Source of the DNA: a virus
Lineage: Duplodnaviria > Caudoviricetes
Strand: one strand, 5' to 3'
IMG/VR virus record: IMGVR_UViG_3300006029_000074
Span: 1-26,178 of that record
DNA: 26,178 nucleotides
In this document: in pieces, positions 15,466-25,573 of the stretch
Layout: each line of letters begins with the position of its first letter
Position numbering within the stretch: the stretch's first letter is position 1
Position numbers and translations under genes: made by a program
The notes under the pieces: model-generated
What the model was told of the DNA's origin: nothing
The model's input: only the letters and a program-made list of their open reading frames with translations
Database searches by the model: none

Positions 15466-16113
15466 ATGAGTCATAAAGCGACTAACTGGGCGTTTCAACA
15501 AAAAGGACTTTTACCAGCGCAAAAATTACTGTTGCTTCATCTTGCTGACAGACATAATCCCGATTTTGGATGTTTTCCAAGTATAAAGAAATTGACTATT
15601 GATTGCGAAATATCAAGAGGCTCAGTTATAAAACATTTACAAAATTTAGAGGATAAAGGACTAATTAAAAAGCAAGAGCGAAAGCGCGAAAATGGGTCAC
15701 AAACATCTAATAACTATATATTGGGTTTTGAATTAGGGGGGGTACAATATTTAGACCCCACCCCCTTAGAAGTTAGACCCCCCCAGTCTAAAAAACATAA
15801 CCCCCTTAACATAGTAACTGAACCAGTAAGTATTAGTAATATAGGCAAAAAGAAATCATCAACAATTCCTGTCAATTGGGTTTTATCGGATAAAAACATT
15901 GATGATGCTATAAAGATGGGGTTTTCTCAGTCACAATATTATGAAAATAGCGATCAATTTAAAGATTACCATATCAGTAAAGGTTCATCGTTTAAGTGTT
16001 GGGATGCGGCTTGGCGAACGTGGTTGAGAAATAGTTTGAAATTTAATAGCAATAAAAGTGATAATTTTATTAACTTAATGGCAAGAGCCGCAAGGGAGAA
16101 AAGCAGTGTATAA
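15466..16113 (+). CDS. Replication initiator (HTH_36-type, lambda O-like)
   Basis: K.LLL.LAD......CFPS...L...C..SR.SV...L..LE..GLI and SN.Y; C-terminal F.DY..SKG....WDAAWRTW.RN. Confidence 0.85.
   Translation: MSHKATNWAFQQKGLLPAQKLLLLHLADRHNPDFGCFPSIKKLTIDCEISRGSVIKHLQNLEDKGLIKKQERKRENGSQTSNNYILGFELGGVQYLDPTPLEVRPPQSKKHNPLNIVTEPVSISNIGKKKSSTIPVNWVLSDKNIDDAIKMGFSQSQYYENSDQFKDYHISKGSSFKCWDAAWRTWLRNSLKFNSNKSDNFINLMARAAREKSSV
15736..15808. repeat. Putative origin iterons inside the initiator gene
   Basis: TTAGACCCC at 15751 and 15773 (22-bp spacing), a degenerate ATAACCCCC at about 15797, and a G-run at 15736-15742 forming an inverted partner. Confidence 0.65.
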
Positions 16114-16510
16114 TTTATTATCTAAACAATTAAACTTACAAGAGTTAGAAAAGCATCGGATGTGGATAGCATTAAAAGCCGAAGCATTATTAAATAAATA
16201 TTTTGTTCAGCCGGTAAAAGATGAAATAAAATATGAAATGATGTTAGGTTGGATGAAGGCGTTAGAGAATTTTAGTCAACGTGAAATAGATGAAGCGTTT
16301 GTTGAACACCTAAATGAAGAACCAAGGCGGAAGCCGCATGAGGGAATAATAAGAGAGCGAATAATAAACAACCGTAGGAAAAATATGGTAGCAAATAAAA
16401 AAGTTGAGCCATTACCTATTGCAGTTACAGTTGATATGGAAAAAAGAAGAAAATCAGCGGATAAAATTATGAAGGAAGTATTCGGATCAAGTAAGAGGTT
16501 TAATAAATGA
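16106..16510 (+). CDS. Putative helicase loader / replication accessory protein
   Basis: Directly downstream of the initiator; pattern W...L..F....I..AF..H......P....I. Confidence 0.55.
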   Translation: MYNLLSKQLNLQELEKHRMWIALKAEALLNKYFVQPVKDEIKYEMMLGWMKALENFSQREIDEAFVEHLNEEPRRKPHEGIIRERIINNRRKNMVANKKVEPLPIAVTVDMEKRRKSADKIMKEVFGSSKRFNK

Positions 16511-16782
16511 TTGATAATGATATTCAATCCTCATCAGATATCTTAAACTCTGCTAATAATTTAGTTAGTCATAAAAGACGTAAAGAATATGGAGAACCTA
16601 AAACAAACTTTAAACGGACTGCAATTATGTTTTCGGCTTACAAAGGAATTGAATTCACTGCCGAAGATGTTTGTATGTTTATGGTATTTGTAAAACTGGC
16701 AAGAGAAGCACATAAATCTAAAATGGATAATAAACGAGATGCAGTTGGTTATTTAGCGTTAGCGCATGAAGTTAAATTATGA
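16507..16782 (+). CDS. DUF6378-like phage protein
   Basis: Motif IL..A..LV...R..EYG.P..NF.R.A....DV..FM...KLAR....DN..D..GY. Confidence 0.75.
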   Translation: MIDNDIQSSSDILNSANNLVSHKRRKEYGEPKTNFKRTAIMFSAYKGIEFTAEDVCMFMVFVKLAREAHKSKMDNKRDAVGYLALAHEVKL

Positions 16783-16816
16783 TACAGGCAAAATGAGAGC
16801 ATAAAAAATAGCTTTC

Positions 16817-16858
16817 CTGATCAGTAACTCCGAACCTCCCTCGGTAGTTGCTGGTCGG
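16817..16858 (+). ncRNA. Putative small RNA hairpin with anti-Shine-Dalgarno loop
   Basis: 17-bp stem with three G-U pairs and one bulge, closing the loop ACCUCCC. Confidence 0.55.
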
Positions 16859-16895
16859 TAAAAAACTAAAATATAAACAGGAGTAAAATTTAATA

Positions 16896-17270
16896 ATGGC
16901 TAATGGAGTAAGTGGAAGACCTTTGAAAGTATTAGATGATGAACAAAAAAAGGAAGTAGAAACATTAGCGGCTGTTTTATCAACAGACCAAATTGCTGAT
17001 TATTTTGGTATAGGAAGAACAACATTTTATGCAATAATGGAACGAGAGCCAGATATTTTCGAACGCTATAAAAAGGGAAGAGCAAAAGCTGTGGGTAATA
17101 TAGCGTCAAACCTAATAAATAAAGCACAAAATGGGGATTTAGGAGCGCAAGTCTTCTATTTAAAAACTCAAGCTGGGTGGAAAGATACTACTGCTGTTGA
17201 ACATACCTCGCCTGATGGATCAATGACACCTACAAAGATAGAGCGAATAATTGTCGACCCTACAGATTAA
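16896..17270 (+). CDS. terS: Terminase small subunit
   Basis: GRP motif, HTH QIADYFGIGRTTFY, A..GD..AQ.FYLKT.AGW; overlaps terL. Confidence 0.85.
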   Translation: MANGVSGRPLKVLDDEQKKEVETLAAVLSTDQIADYFGIGRTTFYAIMEREPDIFERYKKGRAKAVGNIASNLINKAQNGDLGAQVFYLKTQAGWKDTTAVEHTSPDGSMTPTKIERIIVDPTD

Positions 17271-18459
17271 AACGCCAAGATGGGTGCTTCCTATAATAAC
17301 AAGTGATCATCGTTATAAAGGTGCTAAAGGTGGTCGAGCATCCGGTAAATCACATTTTTTCGCTGAAGCTATAATTGAAAGACATATACAAGATGCAAAT
17401 AGTAGAACAGTTTGTATAAGGGAAGTTCAGCGGTCGTTAAAGTTTAGTGCAAAACAATTATTAGAAGATAAAATCAAAGCATTAAATGTTGAGCATATGT
17501 TTGAGGTTATGGGGACAGAAATACATAACAGGCAGGGTAATGGAATAATAATATTTCAAGGAATGCAAGATCATACTGCTGAAAGTATTAAATCATTAGA
17601 AGGGTTTGATATAGCTTGGTGCGAAGAAGCTCAGTCATTATCAAAGCGATCAATAGAGTTATTAGACCCTACATTGAGAAAAGATGGCAGTGAGTTATGG
17701 TTTAGCTGGAATCCGAGAAATGAAACCGATGCAGTAGAACAATTGTTTACTAATAATAATCAAGCGAAGGTTGTCCACGTTAATTATTTAGATAATCCTT
17801 TTTGCCCAGAAGCAATGTTTACTTTAGCAGATCACGCAAAACAATCAGATTATGAGCGTTATAATCATGTATGGTTAGGAGATTATGAAAAGTATAACGA
17901 AGCACAAATATTCTATGATAAGTGGAAAATAGAGGATTTTGTTGTAGCTGATAATTGGGGAAACCCTTATTTTGGTGTTGATTTTGGTTTTCGACCTGAT
18001 CCTTTAGTTGCTGTCAAATGTTGGGTTTACAATGATAATTTATATATAGAAAAAGAAGCATATGGTGTTGGAGTAGAAATAGACAAGACAAAAGAGTTTA
18101 TTTGTGATACCATACCAGAGTTTGATAAATATATAAGTCGGGCAGACTCAGCAGAACCTAAAACAATTAGTTATTTGCAAAGGAATGGTTTACCTCGTAT
18201 GGAAGGTGTTAAAAAGTGGCCTAATTCAATTGCTGAAGGCGTGAGGTTTATTCGCGGATTTAATTCTGTTATAATACATCCAAGCTGTAAAGGTTCAGCA
18301 GAGGACTTTAGATTATATAGCCACAAGACAGATAAATTAAGCGGTGATATTTTGCCAGATATATTAGATGCAAACAACCACAGTCCAGACGCAGTGCGTT
18401 ACGCACTCGCTCCATTAATTAAAGCGCAATCATCAGGAAAAATGGTAATTAGGATATGA
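17251..18459 (+). CDS. terL: Terminase large subunit (PBSX/SPP1 type)
   Basis: Walker A GGRASGKS, Walker B AWCEEA, SWNP, nuclease GVDFG, ADSAEP and NNHSPDAVRYA. Confidence 0.97.
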   Translation: MSTLQIKTPRWVLPIITSDHRYKGAKGGRASGKSHFFAEAIIERHIQDANSRTVCIREVQRSLKFSAKQLLEDKIKALNVEHMFEVMGTEIHNRQGNGIIIFQGMQDHTAESIKSLEGFDIAWCEEAQSLSKRSIELLDPTLRKDGSELWFSWNPRNETDAVEQLFTNNNQAKVVHVNYLDNPFCPEAMFTLADHAKQSDYERYNHVWLGDYEKYNEAQIFYDKWKIEDFVVADNWGNPYFGVDFGFRPDPLVAVKCWVYNDNLYIEKEAYGVGVEIDKTKEFICDTIPEFDKYISRADSAEPKTISYLQRNGLPRMEGVKKWPNSIAEGVRFIRGFNSVIIHPSCKGSAEDFRLYSHKTDKLSGDILPDILDANNHSPDAVRYALAPLIKAQSSGKMVIRI

Positions 18460-19862
18460 GCAATTCAGTTAGTAAAGTCAGTCAAGAAGTAGAAGCAATG
18501 CTATCGTTATCAGCACCAGTTAGAGATTTAGTTGAAGGTGGCGCACATATGCGAGACTTAGGTGTGAAATATTTACCACAGTTTCCACAAGAAACCGATG
18601 ATGATTATAATGCAAGAGTTGCGTCAAGTTGGTTATTTGATGGAGTTGGCAAAACTATAGAAGATTTAAGTGGCAAAGTATTTGATCAACCTGTTATGTT
18701 AGCAGAAACAAATACAGATTTAGATGTATGGGCATTTAATATTGATTTAGAAGCAAGAGATTTAAGCCAGTTTTCTAAAGATGTATTCTCAGATGCTCAA
18801 AGGTCTGGAATATCATTCATAATGGTTGATGCTCCTTTAAGAGACGTAAACTTAACAAAAGCGCAAGCATTACAGGGAAACTTTAGACCATATTTTGTAC
18901 ATTTAAGATTAGAAGATGTTTTAGGTTGGAAATGGGAAATAATAAACAACGCTCCTAAATTAACACAAATACGAATTATGGAACGTGTAGCAACTGAAAG
19001 CACTGATGAATTTGTTCCTGATAAATCAATACAAATAAGAGTTTTAACTTTACCAGTCGAGGAAAAAAGAATTATTGGCACAGTAAATGTTCGTATTTAT
19101 TGTCAAAACGAAAGAGACGACTGGTATTTGCATGAAGAATATGGAACTGGCATGACAGAAATCATGGTTAAGCCAGTTGATATTGGTCGCAAAAGTTTTT
19201 TCAATGCAGAACCTCCACATAGCAGACTAGCAGAGATTAATTTAGCTCACTGGCGGTCGCAATCCGATCAAGCTAATATTATGCACCATGCTCGCGCACC
19301 AATGAAATATTTTCATGGTTATAGCAGAGAAGATTTGCAAGCATTTACTGAAGGTGCTGGATATGCTTTTTGGTCTAGTAATGAAAACGCCAAGATAGGT
19401 GTTGTTGAACATTCGGGTGCGGCAATAGATGCTGGTCGGACAGAATTAAAAGATATGGAGTTTCAGATGCAAGCAATGGGACTACAGCTTATTGTTTCGC
19501 GTTCTGGAACAACAACAGCAACTGGCGATATGATTGATGAAAATAAAATAAATAGTCGGTTGTCAATGTGGGCTGACACTCTAAAAGATAGTTTAGAAAC
19601 GTGTTTTAGTTGGATGGCAGATTTATCCAATATAAATGCTGAAATAGAAATAACAATAAATAAAGATTATTCAGCAACTGCAATGAGTCATATTGATATG
19701 GACTCGCTAAATAAAATGCACTTAGCCGGAGTAATATCTAAGCAAACTTATATAGAAGAAGCAAAAAGGCGTGGTATATTAGCTGAAAATGTTGATGCAG
19801 AAGATGAAATAGAAATGGTTGCAGATCAATCAATGGATATGCCAGACGATGTCATTATCTGA
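18456..19862 (+). CDS. Portal protein (DUF4055-type)
   Basis: Follows terL; motifs YLP....E....Y..R, RPYF and PP...LAE.NL.HW..QSD. Confidence 0.9.
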   Translation: MSNSVSKVSQEVEAMLSLSAPVRDLVEGGAHMRDLGVKYLPQFPQETDDDYNARVASSWLFDGVGKTIEDLSGKVFDQPVMLAETNTDLDVWAFNIDLEARDLSQFSKDVFSDAQRSGISFIMVDAPLRDVNLTKAQALQGNFRPYFVHLRLEDVLGWKWEIINNAPKLTQIRIMERVATESTDEFVPDKSIQIRVLTLPVEEKRIIGTVNVRIYCQNERDDWYLHEEYGTGMTEIMVKPVDIGRKSFFNAEPPHSRLAEINLAHWRSQSDQANIMHHARAPMKYFHGYSREDLQAFTEGAGYAFWSSNENAKIGVVEHSGAAIDAGRTELKDMEFQMQAMGLQLIVSRSGTTTATGDMIDENKINSRLSMWADTLKDSLETCFSWMADLSNINAEIEITINKDYSATAMSHIDMDSLNKMHLAGVISKQTYIEEAKRRGILAENVDAEDEIEMVADQSMDMPDDVII

Positions 19863-20898
19863 TGATATAGCCGATGCGACAATACGTCATCAAATATATT
19901 TACAGCGTTATAAATCTAGCGTTGTAAAACAAATATTAAAATTGCTGGATAATGTTGAAGGCGATATTGTATCTGACTTAGCTAGAAGGGATTTACAAAA
20001 GCTAACGCCTAAACAATTAGGTGGCCTTTTAACTAATCTAAAACGCAAAATTAAAACAGGTTATAAACCTTTAATCGATAAACTATCTGACGAGGTAAAA
20101 GAGTTAGGTTCGTATGAAAAGCAATTTCAAATGAATATGTTTGATAAATTGATACCTTTAAATTTAAGTTTAATATCACCAAGTAATGAACAGATTTATG
20201 CGGCCGCTAGAGCAAGACCGTTTCAAGGTTTATTATTACGAGAGTGGTATAACGGAATGCCAGATGGAACATTTAGACGAGTTAAGTCGGCTATTTCGCA
20301 AGGATATGTTGAAGGGCAAACAACACAGCAAATAATAAGAACAATCAGGGGAACTAGAGCGCAAGCTGGTATCATAGAACAATCACGACGAGGAGCAGAG
20401 GCAACTGTAAGAACTGCTCTTGCACATACTGCAAACGTAGCTAGAAACGAAATATACAGAAGGAATCAATCTCGGATTAAAGTTATTCAATGGGTATCAA
20501 CTTTAGATGGTAGAACAAGCGCAATTTGTAGAGCATATGATGGTAAAGTATTCCCACCTAAATCTGGGCCAAGGCCACCAGTGCATATTAATTGTAGATC
20601 AACAACAATTGCAGTCTTTAAAACAGCTAAACAATTACAGAAAATGTTAAAGATAAAGAAAGTGCCAGTGGCAACTAGAGCAAGTATGAACGGACAAGTG
20701 GCGGCTGATTTAAATTATAATGATTGGTTAAAAAAACAACCTAAATCATTCCAAGATGAAGTGTTAGGAAGAAAAAAGGGAGATTTGTTTAGGGCTGGTG
20801 TTCCAATGGATAGATTTATTGATAAAGCTGGAAATGAACTAACCTTAGACGAATTAAAAGAGCGAGAAAATTCATCGTGGGTCAAAGCTGGCCTGTAA
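19849..20898 (+). CDS. Head morphogenesis / minor capsid protein (SPP1 gp7 / MuF-like)
   Basis: Motifs WVSTLDGRTS.IC...DG and PPVHINCRST; start reassigned to MSLSDD. Confidence 0.9.
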   Translation: MSLSDDIADATIRHQIYLQRYKSSVVKQILKLLDNVEGDIVSDLARRDLQKLTPKQLGGLLTNLKRKIKTGYKPLIDKLSDEVKELGSYEKQFQMNMFDKLIPLNLSLISPSNEQIYAAARARPFQGLLLREWYNGMPDGTFRRVKSAISQGYVEGQTTQQIIRTIRGTRAQAGIIEQSRRGAEATVRTALAHTANVARNEIYRRNQSRIKVIQWVSTLDGRTSAICRAYDGKVFPPKSGPRPPVHINCRSTTIAVFKTAKQLQKMLKIKKVPVATRASMNGQVAADLNYNDWLKKQPKSFQDEVLGRKKGDLFRAGVPMDRFIDKAGNELTLDELKERENSSWVKAGL

Positions 20899-20921
20899 CT
20901 TAGCAAAAGAAGGAAATACAA

Positions 20922-21659
20922 ATGGTTTTAAAATATACATTAGATAATTTAGAGGGAATGGATGAAAACGTGCAATCTTTATATAAAGAAGATAACGGCA
21001 CGTTTAAATTACAAGTTAATGGCGTTGTTCCTCAATCAGAATTTGATGCAGTAAAACAAAAGTTAGTTGATGCAACTGAGGAAGCGGTTAGAAGGCGAAA
21101 AAGTAATGAACGCTGGCAACAATTAGGTGAGTCCCCTGATGTTGTTCAAGAATTATTAAAGAACAAACCACAAACATCAGAAGATCAAGAACGGATTATA
21201 ACTGAAATAAAAGACAGTTATGAAGCAAAAATAAAAGCGGCTGATGAAAAAGTACACTCGCTTAATAAAAAAACAGCTATTAATGAATTAAAAGTAAGAT
21301 TAGCAGAGCAAAATGTGTTGATTGCTGGTGTCGAGCCTTTAACTTTAATGGCACAAAACAGAATTTCATTTGACGATGATGGAAATGTTCGTATAATGTC
21401 AAAAGATAGTACAAATCCCCAAGCTGGTTCGGGGGCTAATGGATATGCAACAATATCCGATTTAGCAAAAGAATTAGTAGAGTCGGAAACTGGTCAGCTA
21501 TTTGTAAAAGATGCTGGAGTTTCGGGTGGAGGCAAACCACCAGCGTCACAAGGCACTTCGCCTAATAAATCAAGCGTGACTCGTAAACAATTTGATGCAA
21601 TGTCACAATATGAACGGTCACAATTCGCAAAAGATGGTGGAAGAGTCTTTGACGGCTAA
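20922..21659 (+). CDS. Capsid scaffolding protein
   Basis: Coiled-coil body, SGGG linker and C-terminal TRKQFDAMSQ.ER; directly before the capsid gene. Confidence 0.8.
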   Translation: MVLKYTLDNLEGMDENVQSLYKEDNGTFKLQVNGVVPQSEFDAVKQKLVDATEEAVRRRKSNERWQQLGESPDVVQELLKNKPQTSEDQERIITEIKDSYEAKIKAADEKVHSLNKKTAINELKVRLAEQNVLIAGVEPLTLMAQNRISFDDDGNVRIMSKDSTNPQAGSGANGYATISDLAKELVESETGQLFVKDAGVSGGGKPPASQGTSPNKSSVTRKQFDAMSQYERSQFAKDGGRVFDG

Positions 21660-21685
21660 CACCTCATTAAAAGGAGCTATAAGAC

Positions 21686-22852
21686 ATGGCAAATGTTTTA
21701 ACTGACTTAGCCGCAGACATTTATACAGCGGCTGACATCGTAGGTCGAGAACTAGTCGGCTTTATTCCAGCAGGGACTATTAATGCTAACAGCATTGAGA
21801 CAGCCGCAGTTGGACAAACTGTTCGCTCATTCGCAACACGCGAAGCAACAGCAGTAACTATAACACCCTCAATGACTATTCCAGAAGGAACAGATCAAAC
21901 GGTGGATAATAAAACACTTACTTTAACTAAACAAAGAGGTGTTCAGATACCATACACAGGAGAAGATGTACGTTTTCTTAATGGTGGTGCTGGTTACGAA
22001 ACTGTTTATGGAGATCAAATTGCACAAGCAATGCGAACTCTAGTAAATGAAATCGAAAGCGACCTTGCACTTGAAGCAAATCAAAATGCGTCAAGAGCTG
22101 TAGGAACTGCCGGAACAACTCCATTCGCATCAAACTTTGATTTAGTTGCAGAAGCACGTCAAATTTTAGCTGACAATGGGATGCCAACAAATGACAACAG
22201 AACATCGTTAGTTATGAATACAGCGGCATCAACTAAGTTGAGAAACTTGGCACATCTACAACGTGTTGATCAAGCTGGTGGTAGCGAATTACTCCGACAA
22301 GGTGTTTTATTAGACTTGCAAGGTGTAATGATGCGAGAGTCTGCTCAAGTTGTTTCACATACAAAAGGTGCTGGAACTGGGTATCTAATTAACAATGGAT
22401 CTGGCGAAGCGGCTGGACAAACAACACTCACATTAGACACAGGAACAGTTAATACAACTGGTATTGTTGCTGGTGATGTTGTTACATTTGCGGCTGATAC
22501 GACAAATAAATATGTTGTCAATACAGGTCTAACCGCAGTTGCCGGTGATATTGTTATTGGTGATAATGGTTTACAAGTAGCAATTGCAAATAATAACGCA
22601 ATGACTATTGGTAACAGTTTCACAGCAAACATAGTAATGCACCAAAAAGCAATGGAACTAGCAATGAGAGCACCAGCAAAACCAATCGGTGGTGATGCGG
22701 CTGTTGATGTGTTAGTTGTACAAGATCCAAATTCTGGTCTTGTATTCGAAATTTCTGTTTATAAAGGTTTCAGCAAAGCAATGATCCAAGTCGGATGTGT
22801 ATGGGGCTATAAAGCATGGAATAGCGATGCAATCGCGATCCTAATGGGATAA
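21686..22852 (+). CDS. Major capsid protein (P22 coat-like, with inserted beta domain)
   Basis: 388 aa, strong SD AAGGAG, position after the scaffold gene, GDVVTFA insertion and C-terminal DP.SGL.F....WG. Confidence 0.9.
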   Translation: MANVLTDLAADIYTAADIVGRELVGFIPAGTINANSIETAAVGQTVRSFATREATAVTITPSMTIPEGTDQTVDNKTLTLTKQRGVQIPYTGEDVRFLNGGAGYETVYGDQIAQAMRTLVNEIESDLALEANQNASRAVGTAGTTPFASNFDLVAEARQILADNGMPTNDNRTSLVMNTAASTKLRNLAHLQRVDQAGGSELLRQGVLLDLQGVMMRESAQVVSHTKGAGTGYLINNGSGEAAGQTTLTLDTGTVNTTGIVAGDVVTFAADTTNKYVVNTGLTAVAGDIVIGDNGLQVAIANNNAMTIGNSFTANIVMHQKAMELAMRAPAKPIGGDAAVDVLVVQDPNSGLVFEISVYKGFSKAMIQVGCVWGYKAWNSDAIAILMG

Positions 22853-22861
22853 TTAATAACA

Positions 22862-22898
22862 TGGTGAGGGGCTTTATTAGCCCTTCATCGATTTAATT
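22862..22898 (+). terminator. Stem-loop after the capsid gene (weak terminator or stabiliser)
   Basis: GGTGAGGGGCT-TTATT-AGCCCTTCATC followed by an AT-rich tail. Confidence 0.6.
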
Positions 22899-22930
22899 AT
22901 AACAATAGAAATAAAATATAGGATTTAGAT

Positions 22931-23428
22931 ATGGCAATTGTTACAACTGTTGGAGGAAGCACCACAAATTCGTATATAACTGTTGCTGAATATAGTGCTT
23001 ATGCCGATAATTTTGGGTGGAATATTGGTGGAGATACAAGCAATCATGAAGATCAATTAAGACGAGCCGCAGTTTATATTAACAGAGTTTATAATTTTGT
23101 GGGAGATGCTCAATATCAAACACAAGCAATGGCATGGCCTAGATTAACAACTCTGCTCGTTGATGGATGGCCTATTGATCCAGATACTGTTCCACAAGAT
23201 ATAAAAGATGCACAAGCTGAATTAGCTTTTTTAGTTCATGGCGGCACAGATTTAATGGCAACAGTAACAGGTGGCGCGACAAGACGAACAAAAAGCAAAG
23301 CTGGTGTCGTTGAAACAGAAACAGAATATGCCAGTTTTAGAGAGACTCCACGTTTCGTGGCAGTAGAAGGTTTATTATCACCGTATGTAGTTTTTGGTGG
23401 TTCACAAATTAAGGTGTTGAGAGGGTGA
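22931..23428 (+). CDS. Head-tail adaptor
   Basis: Motifs NSY.TVAE...Y, Q...WPR and VP..IK.AQ.ELA; position after the capsid gene. Confidence 0.8.
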   Translation: MAIVTTVGGSTTNSYITVAEYSAYADNFGWNIGGDTSNHEDQLRRAAVYINRVYNFVGDAQYQTQAMAWPRLTTLLVDGWPIDPDTVPQDIKDAQAELAFLVHGGTDLMATVTGGATRRTKSKAGVVETETEYASFRETPRFVAVEGLLSPYVVFGGSQIKVLRG

Positions 23429-23799
23429 CAACAGTAGCGGAAATAGCAGACACTGCATTTGATAATGTAGCTCTAGCAATAACAGATGCAATTAAGACTG
23501 CTAATTTGTCTTATGTTTCAAACGGAAATTATAATTATGACACAGGAGCGTATGCAACGACAACAACTACAATAACAGGACGTTGTGTTATTGATAGCTC
23601 AACACCGTCTGATGATATCTTTCCAGATTATGTTTTAGGTTCGCATGAGCAAATGATGTTATTAGAAGGGTTTTCATCCGTTCCAGTTGAAGGATGGACT
23701 TTAACATTAGGCTCTAAAACATATACAGTTAAAAAAGTGCAAGATATTGTCGGAGCTGGGGCTATACAAATGATTGTAGCATTGGAAATACCAGCATGA
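23425..23799 (+). CDS. Head closure / stopper protein
   Basis: Neck position, beta-rich, Y.YDTG motif, GTGA coupling. Confidence 0.65.
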   Translation: MTTVAEIADTAFDNVALAITDAIKTANLSYVSNGNYNYDTGAYATTTTTITGRCVIDSSTPSDDIFPDYVLGSHEQMMLLEGFSSVPVEGWTLTLGSKTYTVKKVQDIVGAGAIQMIVALEIPA

Positions 23800-24194
23800 G
23801 TTCAAGAGATTTTATAATGCAAATAGACGCTGAATGGAAAGGCAAAGAAGAGGATATTTTGGAAGTATTTGCTGACGCAACTAACGATGCTTTAACAGGC
23901 ATAACCTTAAAAGCTCCTGTTGATACAGGTCGTTTTAGAAGTAATATTTTAACGTCAATAGATGTTCCTGATATAACAACATTACCTAAAGTGACAATAA
24001 AAACAGCAAATGATGTTATTGCAGATGGTCAGCGCAAAATATATGGACGTAAAAGACTAACAAAATATTATATTCAAAATAATCTGCCTTATGCCATGAA
24101 ATTAGAAAATGGCTGGTCAAAGCAAGCACCTCAAGGAATGATTGCAATAACAATGAATGAACTACAACACAAATATGATGGAATGATTATATGA
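23796..24194 (+). CDS. Neck / tail-completion protein (HK97 gp10-like)
   Basis: Motifs PVDTGRFR.N and NNLPYA..LE.G.SKQAP.GM. Confidence 0.85.
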   Translation: MSSRDFIMQIDAEWKGKEEDILEVFADATNDALTGITLKAPVDTGRFRSNILTSIDVPDITTLPKVTIKTANDVIADGQRKIYGRKRLTKYYIQNNLPYAMKLENGWSKQAPQGMIAITMNELQHKYDGMII

Positions 24195-24625
24195 CTTTTC
24201 AACTAGAACGAAAGTCGATTGAGAAATATTTAGTGACGGCATGGGGAAACGCCACGCCTATTGGTTTGGATGAACATGAGTTTGAACCGATAGCAAATTG
24301 CCTTAAACTAAGTATTGTTAATGGAACAACTATGCAAGGCTCTATTGGTAGAACAGATAATAGGATAGAGCATTTAGGCAATGTGTTTATTAACATTTAT
24401 ACGACTGGTGGCGAAGGTTCAGCCACTTGGCGTGGTTATGCGGAAACTTTGATGGGTCTGTTTTTTAATAAACGATTAGATAATGCTGGTAATGTAGCAT
24501 CAACTAATGAATTTATAAGATTTAGTCCTGTTAATCAACACCCATATATTTCTGGGACAATTTCTGATATACCTTTTAACATAGCAACCATAACCGCGCC
24601 ATTCGTGCGCTATTCATATCAATAG
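24191..24625 (+). CDS. Tail terminator protein
   Basis: Position before the tube gene; pattern G.V.I.IY...G.G.....YA..L..LF. Confidence 0.7.
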   Translation: MTFQLERKSIEKYLVTAWGNATPIGLDEHEFEPIANCLKLSIVNGTTMQGSIGRTDNRIEHLGNVFINIYTTGGEGSATWRGYAETLMGLFFNKRLDNAGNVASTNEFIRFSPVNQHPYISGTISDIPFNIATITAPFVRYSYQ

Positions 24626-24634
24626 GAGGCCAAT

Positions 24635-25573
24635 ATGACAGGCTCAGCATCAAACCAGCTTAGATCGGCTTATGTGGCCGAAAGCACCGCTGGAACTACA
24701 CCTTCATCACCATCGTTTGTTACGAGTGATGTTCCAATATTAATAAACGCAACTCCGAATATTTACGAAAGTAAAACTCTAGCCGCTGGCGGTGCAAGGG
24801 CTGGAACAGGAGTATCAGGATTAGATGTTTCTGGAACAATGAGTGGAACATTTATTTATGGAAATTACGACACTTGGCTTGAGACATTATTTCAAGGTAC
24901 ATTTGCAACTAACGTATTAAAAGACGCAAAAGTTGTAAAAACGGTAACTGTTGAGAATGCTATACCAGCTGGTGTTGGTGGAACGAATACCATGATGAGA
25001 TATAGAGGTGTGCAAGCTACAGGTGGTTCTCTTACATTAACATCTGACGCAGATGTGCAGTTTTCATTTGATGTTCAAGGTATAGGTTCGGACATAGCAA
25101 CAACGTCAGCAATAGGCAGTTCATCATATGCAAACCCAACTAATAAAATACCACTTCAATCAGGTGTCGATGTTGGAACGATTGTTTATGACGGATATAC
25201 TTTAAATTGTATGGAAAGTTCTACTTTAACATTCACATATGAAAACAGAGAGCGTCAAACAAAGTTAGCAAGCAATGATTTGTGCGGCATAACCAGAGGT
25301 GCGCTTGTGCCAAGTATAACAGCTAGGATTTATGTAGAAGCTAACTTTTTAGCCATATATAATGCGGCCAGAGCTAACCATACATCATTTGCAGTAACAT
25401 ATCCTTTAGGATCAGTCAGTGGAAGTAAATATACAATTTTATTTCCTAGATGCAATTTTACAGGAGCAGATTTAGACTTCTCTGGAGCAGACGCAATGCA
25501 AGACGTTACAATTATGCCTCAATATGATACGTCTAATGCGTGTGTTGTTAAAATAACGAGGGCTGTATCGTGA
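24635..25573 (+). CDS. Major tail (tube) protein
   Basis: N-terminal YVAE.T.GTTP..P, Ser/Thr/Gly-rich, 312 aa, SD AGGAGG; no sheath gene present. Confidence 0.85.
   Translation: MTGSASNQLRSAYVAESTAGTTPSSPSFVTSDVPILINATPNIYESKTLAAGGARAGTGVSGLDVSGTMSGTFIYGNYDTWLETLFQGTFATNVLKDAKVVKTVTVENAIPAGVGGTNTMMRYRGVQATGGSLTLTSDADVQFSFDVQGIGSDIATTSAIGSSSYANPTNKIPLQSGVDVGTIVYDGYTLNCMESSTLTFTYENRERQTKLASNDLCGITRGALVPSITARIYVEANFLAIYNAARANHTSFAVTYPLGSVSGSKYTILFPRCNFTGADLDFSGADAMQDVTIMPQYDTSNACVVKITRAVS

Noticed and set aside
22931-23428. DnaT-like primosomal protein
   Set aside because: Position between capsid and neck genes indicates a head-tail adaptor.
30-24396. Other short overlapping ORFs in the track (for example 30, 2772, 6246, 15714, 16276, 16900, 18171, 18797, 20715, 21978, 22345, 24199)
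   Set aside because: They overlap conserved genes and show no recognisable motifs.
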